From NCBI GenBank assembly GCA_050298595.1, contig JBNKUM010000067.1, positions 2,976-66,975 of the forward strand: a DNA stretch of 64,000 bases, given 5' to 3'. Below the pieces are notes generated by a model. It did not search any database, was not told the DNA's origin, and saw only the letters and a program-made list of their open reading frames with translations. The stretch's first letter is position 1; the number at the start of each line of letters is the position of its first letter. Made by a program: the position numbers and the translations under genes. Of the stretch, positions 62,698 through 64,000 are shown in pieces. This DNA is from Gammaproteobacteria bacterium. Its GTDB lineage: Bacteria; Pseudomonadota; Gammaproteobacteria; GCA-001735895.

Positions 62698-63876
62698 CTA
62701 AAAACAATCCCCCGGCACACGAACCCAGCCTTCCATCAATACTCGTGCACTGCGACTCATAGCGACTTTCTTTACTGCCCATAGTCCATCAACTTCAGTG
62801 GCTTCTGCGCCCACCTTTAAGGTACCTGAAGGATGTCCAAAAACAACAGAATCCCGTTCACCGCCACCGGCGGCCAGATTAACCAGCGTACCGGGTATGG
62901 TTGCAGCGGTACCGATGGCAACTGCCGCTGTGCCCATCATCGCATGGTGTAATTTGCCCATGGATAAGGCGCGAACATTAAGGTCAATATCTGTGGCATT
63001 AATCTGTTTGGCGCTGGATGAGGTATAAGCCTGGGCTGGTGACACAAAAGCCACCTTGGGTGTATGCTGGCGCGCAGCAGCATCTTCCAGTTTCTCAATC
63101 AAGCCCATTCTGATCGCGCCATGTGCGCGGATGCTTTCAAACATCGCCAGTGCTTTTTCGTCGCTATTAATGCTGTCCTGTAATTCGGTGCCAGAGTAAC
63201 CGATATCGGCGGCATTCAGGAATATAGTCGGGATACCGGCATTGATCATAGTGGCGTTAAATGTGCCAATGCCTGGAACCTCAAGTTTGTCGACCAGATT
63301 TCCAGTGGGGAACATATCGCCTTCACCATCGGCGGGATCGAGAAACTCAACCTTCACTTCGGCAGCAGGGAAGGTGACGCCATCCAGCTCAAAATCTCCG
63401 GTTTCCTGAACCTCACCATTGGTCATGGGTACATGCGCAATAATGGTTTTTTTGATATTGGCCTGCCAGATGCGCACCACTGCGGTACCATTTACAGGTA
63501 CTCGCTCAGGGTCTACCAGTCCACTGCTGATGGCAAATGAACCAACCGCTGCGGTCAGGTTGCCACAGTTACCACTCCAGTCTACGAAAGGCCTGTCGAT
63601 GGAGACCTGTCCGAACAGGTAATCCACGTCATGCTCCGGCTGGCTGCTTTTGGACAGGATAACGGTCTTGCTGGTGCTTGAAGTCGCACCACCCATACCA
63701 TCGGTTTGTTTGCCGTAAGGGTCCGGGCTGCCGATAACACGCAATAATAATTTATCGCGCGCTTCACCGGGAACCTGTGCCGATTCGGGTAAATCACTCA
63801 GGTTAAAGAAAACGCCCTTGCTGGTACCGCCACGAATATAGGTAGCAGGTATCTTAATTTGTGGTACGTGGGTCAT
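62698..63876 (-). CDS. prpF: 2-methylaconitate cis-trans isomerase PrpF (AcnD-accessory protein)
   Basis: The N-terminus (…PQIKIPATYIRGGTSKGVFF…) and length (392 aa) are characteristic of PrpF. Its usual partner acnD would lie beyond the window edge. Confidence 0.85.
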   Translation of the reverse strand: MTHVPQIKIPATYIRGGTSKGVFFNLSDLPESAQVPGEARDKLLLRVIGSPDPYGKQTDGMGGATSSTSKTVILSKSSQPEHDVDYLFGQVSIDRPFVDWSGNCGNLTAAVGSFAISSGLVDPERVPVNGTAVVRIWQANIKKTIIAHVPMTNGEVQETGDFELDGVTFPAAEVKVEFLDPADGEGDMFPTGNLVDKLEVPGIGTFNATMINAGIPTIFLNAADIGYSGTELQDSINSDEKALAMFESIRAHGAIRMGLIEKLEDAAARQHTPKVAFVSPAQAYTSSSAKQINATDIDLNVRALSMGKLHHAMMGTAAVAIGTAATIPGTLVNLAAGGGERDSVVFGHPSGTLKVGAEATEVDGLWAVKKVAMSRSARVLMEGWVRVPGDCF

Positions 63877-63896
63877 AGTTATTTGATCTCTTGTTT

Positions 63897-63961
63897 AACC
63901 ACAGAGGGCACAGAGGTAATTAATAAATAAAATCTCTGTGTTCTCTGTGGTTGATATGTTT
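63897..63961. repeat. Long imperfect hairpin in the prpF 5' leader
   Basis: Arms aaccacagagggcacagagg and ctctgtgttctctgtggtt (19 bp with a 2-nt internal mismatch) around a 26-nt AT-rich loop; 20 nt upstream of the prpF start. Confidence 0.5.
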
Positions 63962-64000
63962 TTTAATGATTCGATTCAAGAAAGTCCTGTGCGAAGCGCT

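Overview
This looks like a chromosomal segment of a moderate-GC (about 45-50%) marine-type gammaproteobacterium; the taxon is only a guess from gene content. Most of it is housekeeping or core metabolism: a fatty-acid beta-oxidation cluster (acyl-CoA dehydrogenase, SCP2, fadB, fadA), dusC, rlmC, arfB, a speE polyamine operon, cysD-cysNC, mqo and prpF. There are accessory and decaying patches between these. Two short noncoding repeat families sit at several loci. One patch combines a GDSL-lipase remnant, a repeat copy, an IS1182-family element and an arsR-arsP-thioredoxin cassette. yyaL is frameshifted, a kefB/C-type fragment is present, and an IS66 remnant follows cysNC. The window is unusually rich in signalling genes: four hybrid histidine kinases (HK+REC) with no HPt protein or DNA-binding response regulator in view. 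The most striking block (27.3-37.9 kb) is a tandem duplication of a module made of a periplasmic family-1 solute-binding protein plus a hybrid sensor kinase, encoded directly downstream of a REC-GGDEF-EAL protein. A third kinase carries a fused COG2984-type binding domain. A fourth follows a TonB-dependent receptor and a YfiR-like protein. Other unusual calls are a CysD with an in-frame N-terminal extension of about 190 aa, a very short divergent SpeH-like ORF in front of speE, and a TusE/DsrC-like protein lacking the C-terminal cysteine. An AT-rich island carries NADAR, a TPR protein with an unknown C-terminal domain, and GDPD. All functional calls rest on reading the translated ORFs for family motifs. 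No database search was possible.
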